A DNA stretch of 61,504 bases, the filler included, from Choristocarpus tenellus KU-1152 (Eukaryota > Protista > Phaeophyceae): the NCBI GenBank assembly GCA_964200185.2. It is 7 parts of 7 records of this genome, joined end to end, with 100 filler letters (N's around TTAATTAATTAA, not from the genome) between each part and the next. Parts side by side here need not be neighbours in the genome. Positions count along the whole stretch, not along the records: positions 47,666 to 55,673 come from CAXNAD020005276.1; positions 55,774 to 61,504 come from CAXNAD020009888.1; 5 more parts are not named here. One strand, 5' to 3'. The notes beneath the pieces were generated by a model. That model saw nothing but the letters and a program-made list of their open reading frames with translations, had not been told where the DNA came from and searched no databases. Shown piece after piece: positions 49,421 to 61,504 of the stretch. The position numbers and the translations under genes are program-made. Within the stretch, counting starts at the first letter, position 1. The number at the start of each line of letters is the position of its first letter.

Positions 49421-49656
49421 GGCTTAAAGTATCCTAGAAGGGGTCTCCAGCGTCCATTGGGGGCCTTTGTGAATATGTAGTGATATTCATGTAATATGAG
49501 TGGACGTGTTAGATGTAAGGGCAATTTCCTTCATCTGAACGTACCTTCCTTTCCATCCCCCAGCCTGAATCAAACCGAGGTATCTTACAATACCCGATCA
49601 AGCCCCGAATGGACAACCTGGTCTAAGCACTGCCCCCCTCTAAGATACTGTGGGCC
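49421..49656. mobile_element. MITE family C
   Basis: GGCTTAAAGTATCCTAGAAGGGG...CCCCTCTAAGATACTGTGGGCC; flanked by aaca/aaca (4 bp). Confidence 0.8.
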
Positions 49657-51687
49657 AACAGTATAACACTTTGACCTTGATGCCCGTGCTCCCCAGCTAC
49701 TGGCAGATCAATCCATCTCATACTGCTTTGGCAGTTCACTTGTTTTATGGTCGATCAGCATGGTCTCTATGGTCACACGTGTTTCCTGCAGTAGTAGCCC
49801 GTTGAAAACAGTGTTATCTGACATTTTCTGGTCTCTTTTTTTCACCTGTCTCATGAGTAAAGAACTTATTCCCTCCATCAAACCTATTTCTATGGTGACC
49901 TCTTCATAAATACACACATGATAAAATGCATGTTGCTTCTCCACCAAGCCTCGCCTGCAGTTTCACAATTTGTAGTCTGTCTCTATAATCCCCGTCTGGC
50001 ATCACCCAGCCAGAGCTGCCTGCCATCTCCACTTACCAAGTGTACCAGGTACAGGTCGCGCGATGAATTCATCTTCCTTGTCAATCAAATGTAGCACGAT
50101 TGGTCAGACACACCCTTATCCACAGGACACACTTGAGCCAGGGGGGTTGGTGATCTCCTGCCCAAGATCCACCAGGCATCTATCCCGTATCTTCTATCAT
50201 ACCATAGTCCCCACAAATCTCACGGCAGCTTGCCACCTTCACGGAATGACAGCTGTACTCACCCTTCTCTGGATAGGATGATGGCGAGTGATAGGTATAC
50301 TTATTTGCATCGGCCTACATACCTCGCAGTATTCTCCAGTCCGAACCTTCTGAGAGAGTGAACCTGTTCGAGGAGACCATGTGTTGCTTCCTTTCACCTG
50401 ACATCTCTGATGGGAGCTCTCCTACATCCTACTCTCGCCCCAATATTCATCACCTTCCCTTCTCTTCAATCGTGTATCAGGTGAAGGGAAAGTATGGTTA
50501 CAGGGAACTACCACACTGCATGATACCCTTCCCATAGCATCAGATGAGAATTCTGAAGTGTTCGTTGGGAAACACGGAAATATGCACCTCTCATAATGAG
50601 GACCTTGTGTACCAGTCCATACTCCTTCCCACTTCTCCCTCCCCAAAATGCCCCTCATCAAGAGCTGCACCATATTCGACCCCCTACCCTGCATTGACCT
50701 GTCCATGCAAGTCGTGAAAGTTGCCTCTGCAACTTGGTCAGCACACATCCCCACGGACAAAAATCATATTGGTATTCCCTCTGCACAATACAGCAACTCC
50801 ACTTCCCACACAAGAGACGAACCCATTGAAGGTTAGGGAAAAAAATCTATCAACATTACATTATACACCTTTTTCTTGTGTCACCTGATGAACCCTCGCA
50901 ATATGCAGAAGCAGGTCAAGTTTTGCGGTGGTCCCAAGTAATAGGATCCTTCAATGAAGGCCTGTTTATACATGATTCCCTGGACTGTAGGGAAACGCCT
51001 CCACAACCACAGTTTTATAGCTCTCTAGAGTTATTCCCCATCCCTTCCCCCTTTCCCTCCTCCTCCAGCACCCCATCTCCGAACAAGAACAGTAATGCAC
51101 CAGAGGACAAGGGATGACTTCCAACTTGAAGGCAAAGGCTATCAGTCATCCTCATCTCTTCTCTTGGCATTGTCTGGATTTGACCTCTGGCAAAACATTT
51201 GTAGCTCTCTTGCCCCCTGACTGGATTGGAGAATCGCAAATTGAAGCAGCGAAGTAGTATCAAGACATGAGACCACTCCCAAGACTCTCCTACGAGGCCC
51301 CATGAATCCTTCATCAGAATGTAGAAATGCCTTCTCTGGAGACAAGGGAAATCTAACGGTGTCAGCACTCTCCCTGAATGCACTCTCTTCCCTTGAAACG
51401 TGTTTTGCTTCCCCATAAAGGGCTATGGGTTGGGTTTACCAGTAGTGCGACTTCCCATATAATCAAATCGTGAAGGGAATACCTGTGTTATTGGTTGGGT
51501 AATTACAAACCCACAAGAAATTGATGTTAAGAAATACAGTCCTCCAGGTTCCATGAGATAACTCCCGGCAGGTATGCCAGTCAGCTGACGCTTTAGCGGG
51601 ACATGGTGCAAAGTGGCCCATGCAGTGTCCAAGAAAGCTCGATTAACAACAGATGATGTACCTCTTCACTCCGCTCATGTAAATGAG

Positions 51688-51950
51688 GAACCAAAGTATC
51701 TTAGAGGGTAGGGGCGCGTCCATTTTTGGGGCCAAAATCCAATTTTTCGATTTTGGTGAAATTTTGGCTATCGTGTTTGTCAGGAAGTGTGTCAGTATCC
51801 GCCTGTCTGGACACACCTTTTTATAACATACGTTTTACGTACGCTGAACCATTTTGGAGTAGGAAAATGTCGTTAAAGAGACCCCATGGGAAGCCAAGCC
51901 CCAAATGGACAAACAGGGCAAACCTCGTACCCTTTAATATACTTTAATTC
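51688..51950. mobile_element. MITE family A
   Basis: GAACCAAAGTATCTTAGAGGGT...ATACTTTAATTC; TSD gag/gag. Confidence 0.9.
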
Positions 51951-52400
51951 GAGGGGAGGTTGATGCACCCGTTCACCACACCCTCCATATAGTCAGGAAC
52001 CTCCTTCTGCACCTGTGTCCCACCCCATCCTTGCCGTTGTCCTTCCTTCCCTCCCTCTGATCTCTCCCCCTCAGACAAGACCACCCCATTGACGCCTTCC
52101 AATTTACACTCACCCCACCACACAAGATAAATCCATTGCCAGAAGATAAGGGTTGCCTAGTGACACGAACGCTGAGCAATCTCCTCAACCCCGCTACTCT
52201 CCCCACCTCGCGTCCCCCCTTCCGTTGAATGGATATGGTTCCAACGCACCTCCTATGAAGAACCCTTGACTGTGGATCCCACAACAACATATGGCAAAAA
52301 AGGTCCCCACGTGATAACTTGGGCAATCTCAAATCCACATCAAAGCAGAATCAGGAAATTCAAACTTACTCTGATCCTTGGCCATGAGTTCCTAGCAAGT

Positions 52401-52655
52401 GAGTGAAAGCATCTTAGAGGGAACAAGTTTTGGTCTGTCCGTTTGGGGCTTGGCTTCCTACGAGTTTTATGACATTTTTACCTACTCCGAAATATTTCGG
52501 AGTAGGTGAAATGTATACGTTGTGAAAAGACGTGTCAGGAACAAGGATATCGACAGTTCTTAACAAACACGATAGCCAAAATTACATCAAAAGCGCAACT
52601 TTGGATTTTGTCCCCCAAACGGACACGTCTCAACTCTCTAGGATACTTTTGAATC
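52401..52655. mobile_element. MITE family A
   Basis: GAGTGAAAGCATCTTAGAGGG...CTCTAGGATACTTTTGAATC; TSD not preserved. Confidence 0.85.
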
Positions 52656-54222
52656 GACTACTAAATTCAGTGGAAGGATGCGTGCCTAAGGTCACCCAGA
52701 GGTGTTGAGGTGCACATCCCTAATAAAGAGGACTTGATGGTCTGCTTGCCCTCACCATACTCACACAGCAAGACAATAAATAGCACAGTACCTGCTTATA
52801 CACCCTTCCCACAACACATCTTCAACATAATTGTTGTATACATCTGACTCAAGGCCCTACCCCTCTCCCCCCTTCTCTCCTCCCAAACTCTCCCCTCTGG
52901 TCAAGAGCAATACCTTCCCAGGGTGTGAAGTTCTCCTTCTTGTTTGAAATTAAGCTGTCCAACACCTGCTCCACGGGCTAGCCCTCTTCTCACAGGTTAG
53001 GGGGAGAGGAAAAGGTATCCCCCAGCATTATATTTAAATTCTTTGACACACATTGGGGAGGACACCTTACAATCAACCCTCAAGGCCACCCACAATTCCC
53101 TTAAAGCTCCACATTGTAGAGATGAAACAACTTACCAAAATATGAGGCTCATATATCACAGAAGTGTGAATCCCAAGCAGTCTTCACAGTCCCAGAGCTC
53201 TGCCCCTATTTTCGGAACTGAAACCACCTGACCTCTACATTTACGAAGTTTAATGTACCTTCTGTGCTACACCCCTGATTGTAGTTCCCATGATATTGGG
53301 ATTCAGGGGTCATCCCTGTGGTGGATTAGGTGATCTCAAAACCCACAGCAACAAATCCCTCTCTATCCACGGACCATCACAGTATGGGCTGATGCACCTC
53401 TTGGGGTTGACCTTTTAGAACCGTTACCACAGTTGTCCCCTCCAGTACGCACCCCATTCCTCCCCTTCCTAACCTCAATGTAGTCCATATACACAACATG
53501 TGTGTGTTCTGGGTATGCAAAGTATTTCTTATGGTATGAAAGGGTGTCTCTCCGTCCTGTGCCTTTCTAGTCTCTCCTTTAGGAGATTGGAGGGGGGGCT
53601 GGTACACTCCTTCATGATATATATACAACCACCCAGAGTAATATAAGAAATACTCATTTCCTAAGCAACAAGAACGCTTTCTCTGCCTTACCGTGATATC
53701 CCCAATTCAAAGTGAAGGAATGGCTTCAAGTGATCAATATTACTGTTGGGTGTAAGAACCAATTGAACCCTCTCTCCTGATGATGAAAGTTGTTTTCATG
53801 ATCCAGCCTCACCCTTGCCGCTATCGCCATGCTGCTTTCCCAAAGGAACATCGCATTCTTGTGGTTGAGCCAAAGAAGCAATGGCAACCAAGTGTCGCTG
53901 GAAGGCACAACCTATCTGGTCCCAATATATGAATCACCATATCTTCAACAGCAAGTTGTTAGTCTTGGGCAGGGGTAGAAAGGTCGAAAGCATACTCCAC
54001 CAACAAAGACCTCAGTCTGCAGGTAGCAGACACTCCCCTGGGATTAGCTATGTCTACAAAACATCTTAGGTTTGATAACTTCTTGTTGCCAAGTGTGAAA
54101 CATCATATTGCTGATAGCGCCTATAAAATTTTGTCCTTAGGTTTTTCAGGAAAGGTGACAAATCTGTTGCAACTCGGTAAATGATACTTGCTCCGTTCAG
54201 AATTAAATTTAACGTAACTTTT

Positions 54223-54482
54223 GAGTGAAAGTATCTTAGAGGGTAAGAGTTTTGCCCTGTTTGTCCGATCGGGGCTTGGCTTCCCACTGTTTTTTTAATG
54301 ATATTTTCCTACTCCGAAATGTTTCAGAGCAGGTAAAATGTGTACGTTATGAAAAGGTGTGTGGAGAACAAGAATATTGACGCTTCCTAACAAACACGAT
54401 AGCCAATATTTATATCAAAATCGCAGCAGTGGAATTTGGCCCCCAAATGGACATGGCTCTACCCTCTAAGATACTTTGACTC
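54223..54482. mobile_element. MITE family A
   Basis: GAGTGAAAGTATCTTAGAGGGT...ACCCTCTAAGATACTTTGACTC; TSD ttt/ttt. Confidence 0.9.
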
Positions 54483-55116
54483 TTTTACAAGGCCCGCTCT
54501 CGCTTGTGAATAATCCACTTGATAAACCCTCTGGACGAGGCTTAGTTCTCATAGCATTGGGAGGCATGCAACGTTTGAGATGGTGGGCTGTCATGACTGT
54601 GGAGGACAACCAGTTGTGCAAAGTCGACCAAGTCACATCTGATGGGGTTCCAAAGCCTCGTGAAACTGTGAAAGCGGGTGTTTATCGGGATGCCTAGGAT
54701 AAAGACCCCTGTCGTTCGCGCAGCTCGCTCATCCTGTCGTTGCCTGTCAGTCCCAATTCTTCGGCCCTCTTGTTCCCAGACCAAACGATGAATAATAGAA
54801 ATATGCTGTCAGACTAGAAAAATCCATTGTGATGAGCAGACAGGGAAAACCCCTGCATGTTAGGGAGCCACCGCGGTCGTGAGAACCACCACTCTTAAAA
54901 TTTCCACCTCATTTTGGAACCATGTAAAAAAGCATTTTGGTATGTTTTGGGGGATGATTTTAGCATTTTGTACCATGCCTCAGATACTAAACTGGAGTCA
55001 GTAGATCACAATTAAGAGATGGAATGACCCTCCTTGTCATGGAAGCAGTGTATATGGAGTGAAAGGGTGAGGTAGGATAGAATTCTGTGAGTAGATTCAG
55101 GAGGTAGCTGTGTATG

Positions 55117-55200
55117 TTATTATTGTTGCTATTTTGTTTTTGTTATTATTGTTGTTATTGTAATTATTATTATTATTATTATTGTTATTGTTATTAATCA
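55117..55200. repeat. (TTA/TTG)n microsatellite
   Basis: Direct reading of the sequence. Confidence 0.85.
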
Positions 55201-55504
55201 TCATCACCATTGATACTATTATTAGTGTTAGTGTTATTATTTAGAATATTGGGTAGATTATTCACACATCCGACTGGACACTATTCTCAATCCACATATT
55301 AAAAAAAAAAAATGTTCAAACGAAAAGATAAATCTCAGGTTAGAACAAAATTTGAAACAGTTGGCCTACATTTCCATTGGAATCGGTTATGTCATCTCTG
55401 AAGGGGTCACAAAATCGGATAGCAACCCCAAACCAACAGATGAGTAGGGATGAAGAAGGAACATATATATGTGGGCGAACCAGTTGGAATATTTTAGTGT
55501 TTCA

Positions 55505-55791
55505 GGCTCAAAGTATCTGGGGGGGGGGGTGGCAGCTGTCCATTTGGGGTCAATTCTTTCATATCGCGATTGTTGGGTGATTTGGTTGCATACCTTGGAC
55601 GCATAATGTAAATGCACTTTTCCTGATTTTGACCCAAATGGACACTCTGGTGTAGACCTCCCCCCCCCCCCCCNNNNNNNNNNNNNNNNNNNNNNNNNNN
55701 NNNNNNNNNNNNNNNNNTTAATTAATTAANNNNNNNNNNNNNNNNNNNNNNNNNNNNNNNNNNNNNNNNNNNNCCCCCAGTAATTTGACCC
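55505..55791. mobile_element. MITE family B, running into or across the gap
   Basis: GGCTCAAAGTATCT-G(n)...GGTGTAGACCT-C(n), then the gap, then CCCCCAGTAATTTGACCC. Confidence 0.75.
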
Positions 55792-58700
55792 TAGGTGTCA
55801 CCTTTTGTGGCCAAGAAGGCAGGCGTTGTGGCGAATCAGTCTGCATAATTTTCATTTGTCAGCTGGAGTAGTTTGGTATGGAGCTCATCTAATGCCATGG
55901 GTGCAGTTGACATCCCAAACCCACTCCAGCCCTAGCTACTCCTCCTCTAGCTAGAGTATGTTGGTTAAGGTGCTTAAGTGTGTTGAATAGCTGTGCGCAG
56001 GAAAGACTTGTCGCCAGAAGTTACTATTGGGTTATATGGTGAACATGCACTGTTCATTAATTATCCGCTGGGTCTTTGTCTTAGCCATCATTTTTCTCTA
56101 ACGTATGGCGAAAGACTGACACATCATACCGCTATATACGTTGCTACTCTGTACTGTACCGAACTATAGATAAACGTACATGAAACCGTGTTTATCCTTG
56201 GATCAGCACAACAAAGCAAGTATAACACTAGTTATTTGACAACCATTTTTATATACACAAACAGGTATCAACCAGACACATGACCATCAATTGAGTCACA
56301 AACATACCATTGTATTTACACACCATCAACACGACTACAACGTCGTGTACCACATGATACATACATTAACACAGATACTTAAAAGCACATATCCCATTTG
56401 GGTACATTCCAATTGCATAACAGACACACACACGACATTTTATATAACAAACAGACACCAAACACACTGACAACAACAGAGACGCACAAACACGCCATTA
56501 TATTCTTGTACAGTTACCCACTACAAATGTGGTGTACCACACACACATTGACACAGATATATGAACACATTCACTTGTGGCCCCAAGTGTATCACTCCAT
56601 ATTGAAATATTCCACACTGGACCCGCGGTTCACATGACCAATCGTGTGCCTTGGTAGAGGACAAGAAGTAGGTTGGTGTTAATATACAATGATAGTGTTA
56701 CAAGGGGCTTGTGGTCTCAATTCCACTGACTGAACTTGTGGGGCTCACAATTGGTGCACCCAATACTGTTCCTATAGTGTGGGGTCTCCAATCGTCCACA
56801 CTAAATTACTATGAATACTTATTTACTTGTCTTCAGTAAAGGAAACGTATCTTGAACATGACGTAAATCAATGGACACTAGTGAGTCATACGGTATATCC
56901 ATCACTGGCTCTCCATCCTATTACCTACTCTGGTCCTATGCCGACAACTCCTGGGTGTGAGACTGGGAAGAAATTATTGAGGATGAAGCAGCAAGAGATG
57001 CAACGCCTACAAAAGAGGGCGAGGAGGAGGCCATCAGAGAAAGGGAAGAACCATTGAAAAATGGCCCTTCGTTCTGAGGTCCAGAGGTAGGAGCTCAACC
57101 AGTATATCAGAGAAGAGGAGCATATAGGCGGTCAATTTAAGAGAGACTTCTCCAAGCTCACCCTCACCCTTTTCCTCACCAACTCATGGTGTAGTCTGGA
57201 TGTCGTAAATGTGAAGAGAATTCTGAACATGCGCCTCGCTAGGCATCTGATTAAAGAGGTCGCTAAGTTGAGACGAGGGAAGGGGGTGCTAGCGCAACCA
57301 AGCAGAAGGAATTTCGTGTAAAAGTGTGTGCATATCAGAAAAAAAGTGGCATTTGAAGTACTTGAAACATAAGTTATAATTTTGAATTATGTTCAGAATG
57401 GAACACCTTTTGATTTGTGGTTAATATACATGACGCCAGAAACATCTTTGCTTATTACTTTGTTCTTGAAATGAAAGCAATTCACTAGTTACGTTAAAAT
57501 GGTGGTGTCTGACCATAGGAGGGTTTAAGGTGGAACAGGTAACGACACTCATTCATTAATGGTCAAGTATGCCAGTGGTAAATGTGTAAATAAAAAAATC
57601 TATGCATAAATCTATCCTGAGATTCTCATTGCACAAACGTATGTGTATGTTAATGATTTCGAACCAAGAAAGTCCAGTGATGATTCGAATGAGTACTATC
57701 TATATGCCCATACTGGAGTATCACTTCGTCTTCAATACGTTGCCTACATCTTTATTTTTCCAAGGAAAGGGCGAACAAAATTGAGATTGGATTTGTGTGA
57801 CAGGTAGTGGAAATGGTCCCAAGACGCCAGAAAAAAAATAAACTGATGGGCAACCATGGTCCCGATAAAGTTAAACTGACCAGCTGGTGGATATGGACTG
57901 ACACAATACCCTGTGAATATGGACTGGGATATGTCAAATAATTGTTGGACCGGTCCGGAGATGGACATGGACTGGTTCAGTACATATTTGACATGGACTG
58001 GGACATTTTAATTTATTGTTGGACCGATCTGGCGGGTAGACGGGACATTTTCAATTTTGATGCTGGTGATAAGCCCTGGAAAATGCCAGACCAATATCAC
58101 AAGGATCTTTGAGGAAGTAACAGTAGTTGTTGTAAACATAAATAAAATTGTGGTTTTGTGGTGGAGCTTGAAAATTAGGGTGTTGTTCCACCTATCACAC
58201 AAGCTATTGCCTTGGGATCGATATGCCACGGTTTTGGTTTTATGATACCCATACACTTTATGCAACTCAGCCAGAAGTTCATTGTCAAATTTGTCGCCTT
58301 GACCAGAGTGGAGTGTTTCAGGAGGACAAAAAATGGAAGAAAAAAATATCGACAAGACCTTGAGTCACTGTATTTTCTTATTTATTTGTAATGCCAACCA
58401 AGATTGCGAATTTTGTAAGATGGTCTACAGCGGATAACAAATATTTTGCGCCGTCTGAGGTGGTCAAATATTTAATTAGGTTAATAGCAAGCCGATGAAA
58501 CGGACGTGTAATAGGCGTAAGTCCTGTAGGTAGTGGAGTAGGAGTATTGAGTGGTCTTCCGTGTTTGACATGACTGGGAAGTTGCACACCACTTCTTAAT
58601 ATCTTTAAGTGAGGTCGGCCACCAAATCTATCTTTCATTCGGTCAAACGCGTGCTTGAAAGCAAGATAGGCAGCAAATTCATGGTCGTGAGGGTATGCAA

Positions 58701-58944
58701 AATTAACCCCTCGAAAAACATTGATGAAGCTAACTAAGAGCTCAGAGTCATTTGCCATCCTAGCGATTCCACCTAATCGATCCACAGATATTTCATAGGC
58801 TGGATATACTTTACTCGTTTGAGAAGTTGCATTAGTGGTTTCTCCTCCCACATTTCGACATATAGGGGTTAGGGGTGCTGGTTAGATCCATGTTGACCCA
58901 AACCATATTCAAGGATAGGACTGTGTCTGTTCGGTTTCATAATC

Positions 58945-59150
58945 CATTGTTGCGATTTTGACTCATTTATGCTATCATGCTTGTTAGCAAGAAGTGTCAA
59001 TATCTTTGCTCCGAATACACGTTTCATAGTCGTATACATTACAGGTAACTGGGTTTACACAGCAAACCGAAAAACGGCATAAAAAACCCTTGGGAAGTCA
59101 AGCCCCCGACGAACAAACAGAGCAAAACTCCTACCCTCTTAAGTGCTTTG
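58945..59150. mobile_element. Divergent partial family-A MITE within the gypsy remnant
   Basis: gctatcatgcttgttagcaagaagtgtcaatatc...aaacagagcaaaactcctaccctcttaagtgctttg. Confidence 0.65.
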
Positions 59151-60213
59151 TTTTTTTTTACCGAACTCTTCCGGTTACGGACGTGACATCATATCTGGGA
59201 TGAAATGTAATCTGCCAAAGGTTATGAAGGACGGTAAAATCAAAACTTTGCAGAGCTAGAACCCATCGAGAAAACAGATTGGATGTGTCTTGCATAGTAT
59301 GCAGCCACATTTCGTCTGAATGTCACTACTAAATGTGAATTGCTTGCCCCAAATATATGGTCTCCAGTGTTGAATTGCCAGAATAAGTGCAAGGCACTCT
59401 TTTTGTGTGGTAGACTATTTTTTCTAGGAGGGTGAAAGTAAGGTACTATGGTATGCAATTATATCAGAATTGCCATCACAATTTTTATGGTCAAGAACGC
59501 CCCTGTCCCAACATTACTGGCATCTACATGTACAAAAAATTCCTTTGAAAAATCAGGGAAATGTAGAACTGGACCCATGGTTAAAAGTCGTTTGCATTTG
59601 TCAAAAGCAGTTTGGTGTGGACGATTCCATCTAGATGAAATATCACTTTCATCATTTTTTTATTTCTTTGGGATGGTGTGATCTCTTTCTGTACCTCCCT
59701 TTTGTGTATCGCCAATCAATTCAATGGTTCTGTTCCTGTTCCTAGATGTGATTGTACTTCCAGACGAAGATCATAGAACCTTAAGAAAGGTTGTAAGCCT
59801 TTCACTGTTTGAGGGAGATGCATTTCTAAAATAGTATAACACGAGCTTGTGATATAGGTATTCCTTGTGGACTAACATCATGTCCCAAATTATGGATTTG
59901 CTTTGAACCAAATTGACTCTCGGATGGCTTTGACGCACCTTACAGTTTGTAAGATTGATAGTACCGTAGTGATCAACTGTTTGTGGTGTACCCAAGATGG
60001 AGAGACCAAAACAATGTTGTCAAAATATGTCAATAACCCAGAGCTAGGACCGATTGTGGAAAACGTTTCAGACAGGAAGGATTAGAATATCCATGGTGCG
60101 TTTTGTACTCCAAATGGTTGCCTCTGAAGCTCATATTTCCCATCTGGTGTGATGAATGCGTGTTTTTTGTCGCTCGCATTCCTCAGTTATCTGTAGTTGC
60201 CAATAGGCTGATT

Positions 60214-60471
60214 GAGTGAAAGTATCTTAGAGGGTACGAATTTTGCCCTGTTTGTCCATTTGGGGCTTGTCGTCCCACAGATTTTATATGACATTTTCCT
60301 TCTCCAAAATGTTTTGGAGTAGGTAAAATGTATACGTTGTGAAAAGGTGTATTCGGAACAAGGATATTGGCACTTCCTAACAAGCACAATAGTAAAAATT
60401 ACGTCAAAATCGCAACATTAGATTTTGACCCCTAAACAAACGCGACTCTACGCCCTAAGATACTTTGACTC
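60214..60471. mobile_element. MITE family A within the gypsy remnant
   Basis: GAGTGAAAGTATCTTAGAGGGT...CCCTAAGATACTTTGACTC; TSD att/att. Confidence 0.9.
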
Positions 60472-61461
60472 ATTGAATATCTCGATAAGATAAATACTTT
60501 GAACCCTCCAAAGTGAATAAACACTCGTCCATGGATGGCAAAGGCCATGAATTACGTATCAAATGTTATTATGATTCCTCTAAAATTCATGCAGAACCGA
60601 GATCCATGGGCTAGATGAGGGTTTTAGAATGCCCTGCTTTTCCATATCAGGTACACAATGACGAATGGTGTAGAGTATTTTGTGCCACTTGATACGGTGG
60701 TCTACTAACCAGTGTAGTGCCTGGTTGTAGTGGAAAGTCAGCAAAAGTAGTGGTGCAGCAACCTAATTCATTTTCAGATAATGAAAAGACTGGTCTGAAT
60801 TCAGCCACAATATCTAGCAATTCCTCTTGTTCAGAACACACCAGTTGTGTGTTTGCAAACGCCTGCTTCGAAAAAAACTTCTTCATATCGTCCTTACCTT
60901 TTTTCAGCCCTTCAGGAGTAGAAGGTGTGGCTGCAACTGCACTTGCGGTAACATCTGAAAGGGAATGTGTGGTTGACACAAGGGAGTTACGACTAACTAA
61001 ATCCGCTGGTACCTTGACCCCTTTTTGAGATAAATTGGCAATATTGACCAAGCATTCTCCACCTTTCTCCCAAACAGTGAGGGCTCGACTGACCATCATA
61101 AGATGTTGTTAGGGGGGATGTACATCGTCCTCTTGATGGGAATTTTGTGAGTTGCTGGAATGCATACATCACTGTCTTTAAACAACAATTCTAATTTATC
61201 CCAATCTAGCACTGCCCAAAAGCTGACATGATATTATTATCCAATAGAATTTTATCCACTACCAAGTTAGGTATGACAAGTGGCTTGTCTGTCATTGATA
61301 TCTTTCCAAGTCGTAGTGTAAATTGAATGAAACCATGAACAGGTAGAGGTCCACCACCTGCTCCTTTTAATTTAGAGCGCTGGCTAGAATCTCCTGAATG
61401 GGTACCTCTGCAAAGAGTTGGGTGGGCCTGAACGTATCTGAGTTAAATTACTGGAATGTGA

Positions 61462-61504
61462 GGCCAAAAGTATCTGAGGGGGGGGGGGGAGGTCTACACC
61501 AGGG
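61462..61504. mobile_element. MITE family B left end at the window edge
   Basis: GGCCAAAAGTATCTGA-G(n)-AGGTCTACACCAGGG. Confidence 0.8.

Larger units (their letters stand above)
47761..52340 (-). mobile_element. Decayed Ty1/copia element (PR-INT-RT-RNase H), interrupted by MITEs; gag may extend to ~53900
   Basis: Motifs in copia order on the minus strand: GDLFCHM (~DSGAxxHM, ~52300), GHCMGH (~WHxRxGH, ~51620), MGKQ (~51410), LQARLGGE and DNTVFNGLLLQE (RT, ~49950-49790), and RKTKRI...KRGEIALV (RNase H, ~47900). Confidence 0.6.
58008..61440 (-). mobile_element. Decayed Ty3/gypsy pol (PR, pre-RT, RNase H, integrase)
   Basis: EELLDIVAEFRPVFS..ELGCC...LVSRPPY (60650-60850), WNRPHQTAFDKCKRLLTMGPVLHFPDFSKEFFVHVDASNVGTGAFL (59490-59630), PFHRLAINL..KYLLSAVDHLTKF and PETLHSGQG.KF...AYRSQGNS.CDRWNNTL (58170-58510). 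Gypsy domain order. Confidence 0.85.

Noticed and set aside
13-61504. Recurring AAAGTATCT...AGATACTTT motif as a CRISPR-like or regulatory array
   Set aside because: Dispersed, in inverted pairs with homologous interiors and TSDs, so these are MITE TIRs; there is no repeat-spacer periodicity.

Overview
Eukaryotic, intron-rich, repeat-dense DNA. It is most likely from a photosynthetic, flagellate-producing stramenopile such as a brown alga; this is inferred from a signal-peptide-bearing DUF1995 gene, an outer-dynein-arm docking gene and long GT-AG introns. The window is seven contigs joined by six artificial 100-nt N44-TTAATTAATTAA-N44 spacers, so adjacency across gaps is unproven. Four host genes can be spliced by hand: a GNAT acetyltransferase (-), a 5'-part DUF1995 gene (+), the 3' part of ODA1/CCDC114 (+) and a complete mitochondrial ribosomal protein L4 (-). 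The rest is mostly transposon material: CRE-like RLE non-LTR 3' fragments (one with a filled and an empty site in the window), decayed Ty1/copia and Ty3/gypsy elements, a pogo-like fragment, and about 20 MITEs. Three MITE families share one TIR core and usually make 3-bp TSDs of unconstrained sequence. The best candidate for an undescribed system is at 28.4-31.1 kb. There a Sola-like transposase N-terminal exon is head-to-head with a spliced ParB/Sulfiredoxin-like (consensus DGNHR) gene, separated by repeated 35-bp palindromes; a second ParB-like copy lies at 22.5 kb. Repeat copies also show strong CpG->TpG/CpA decay, suggesting CG methylation. All family assignments are from motif recognition by eye, without database searches.
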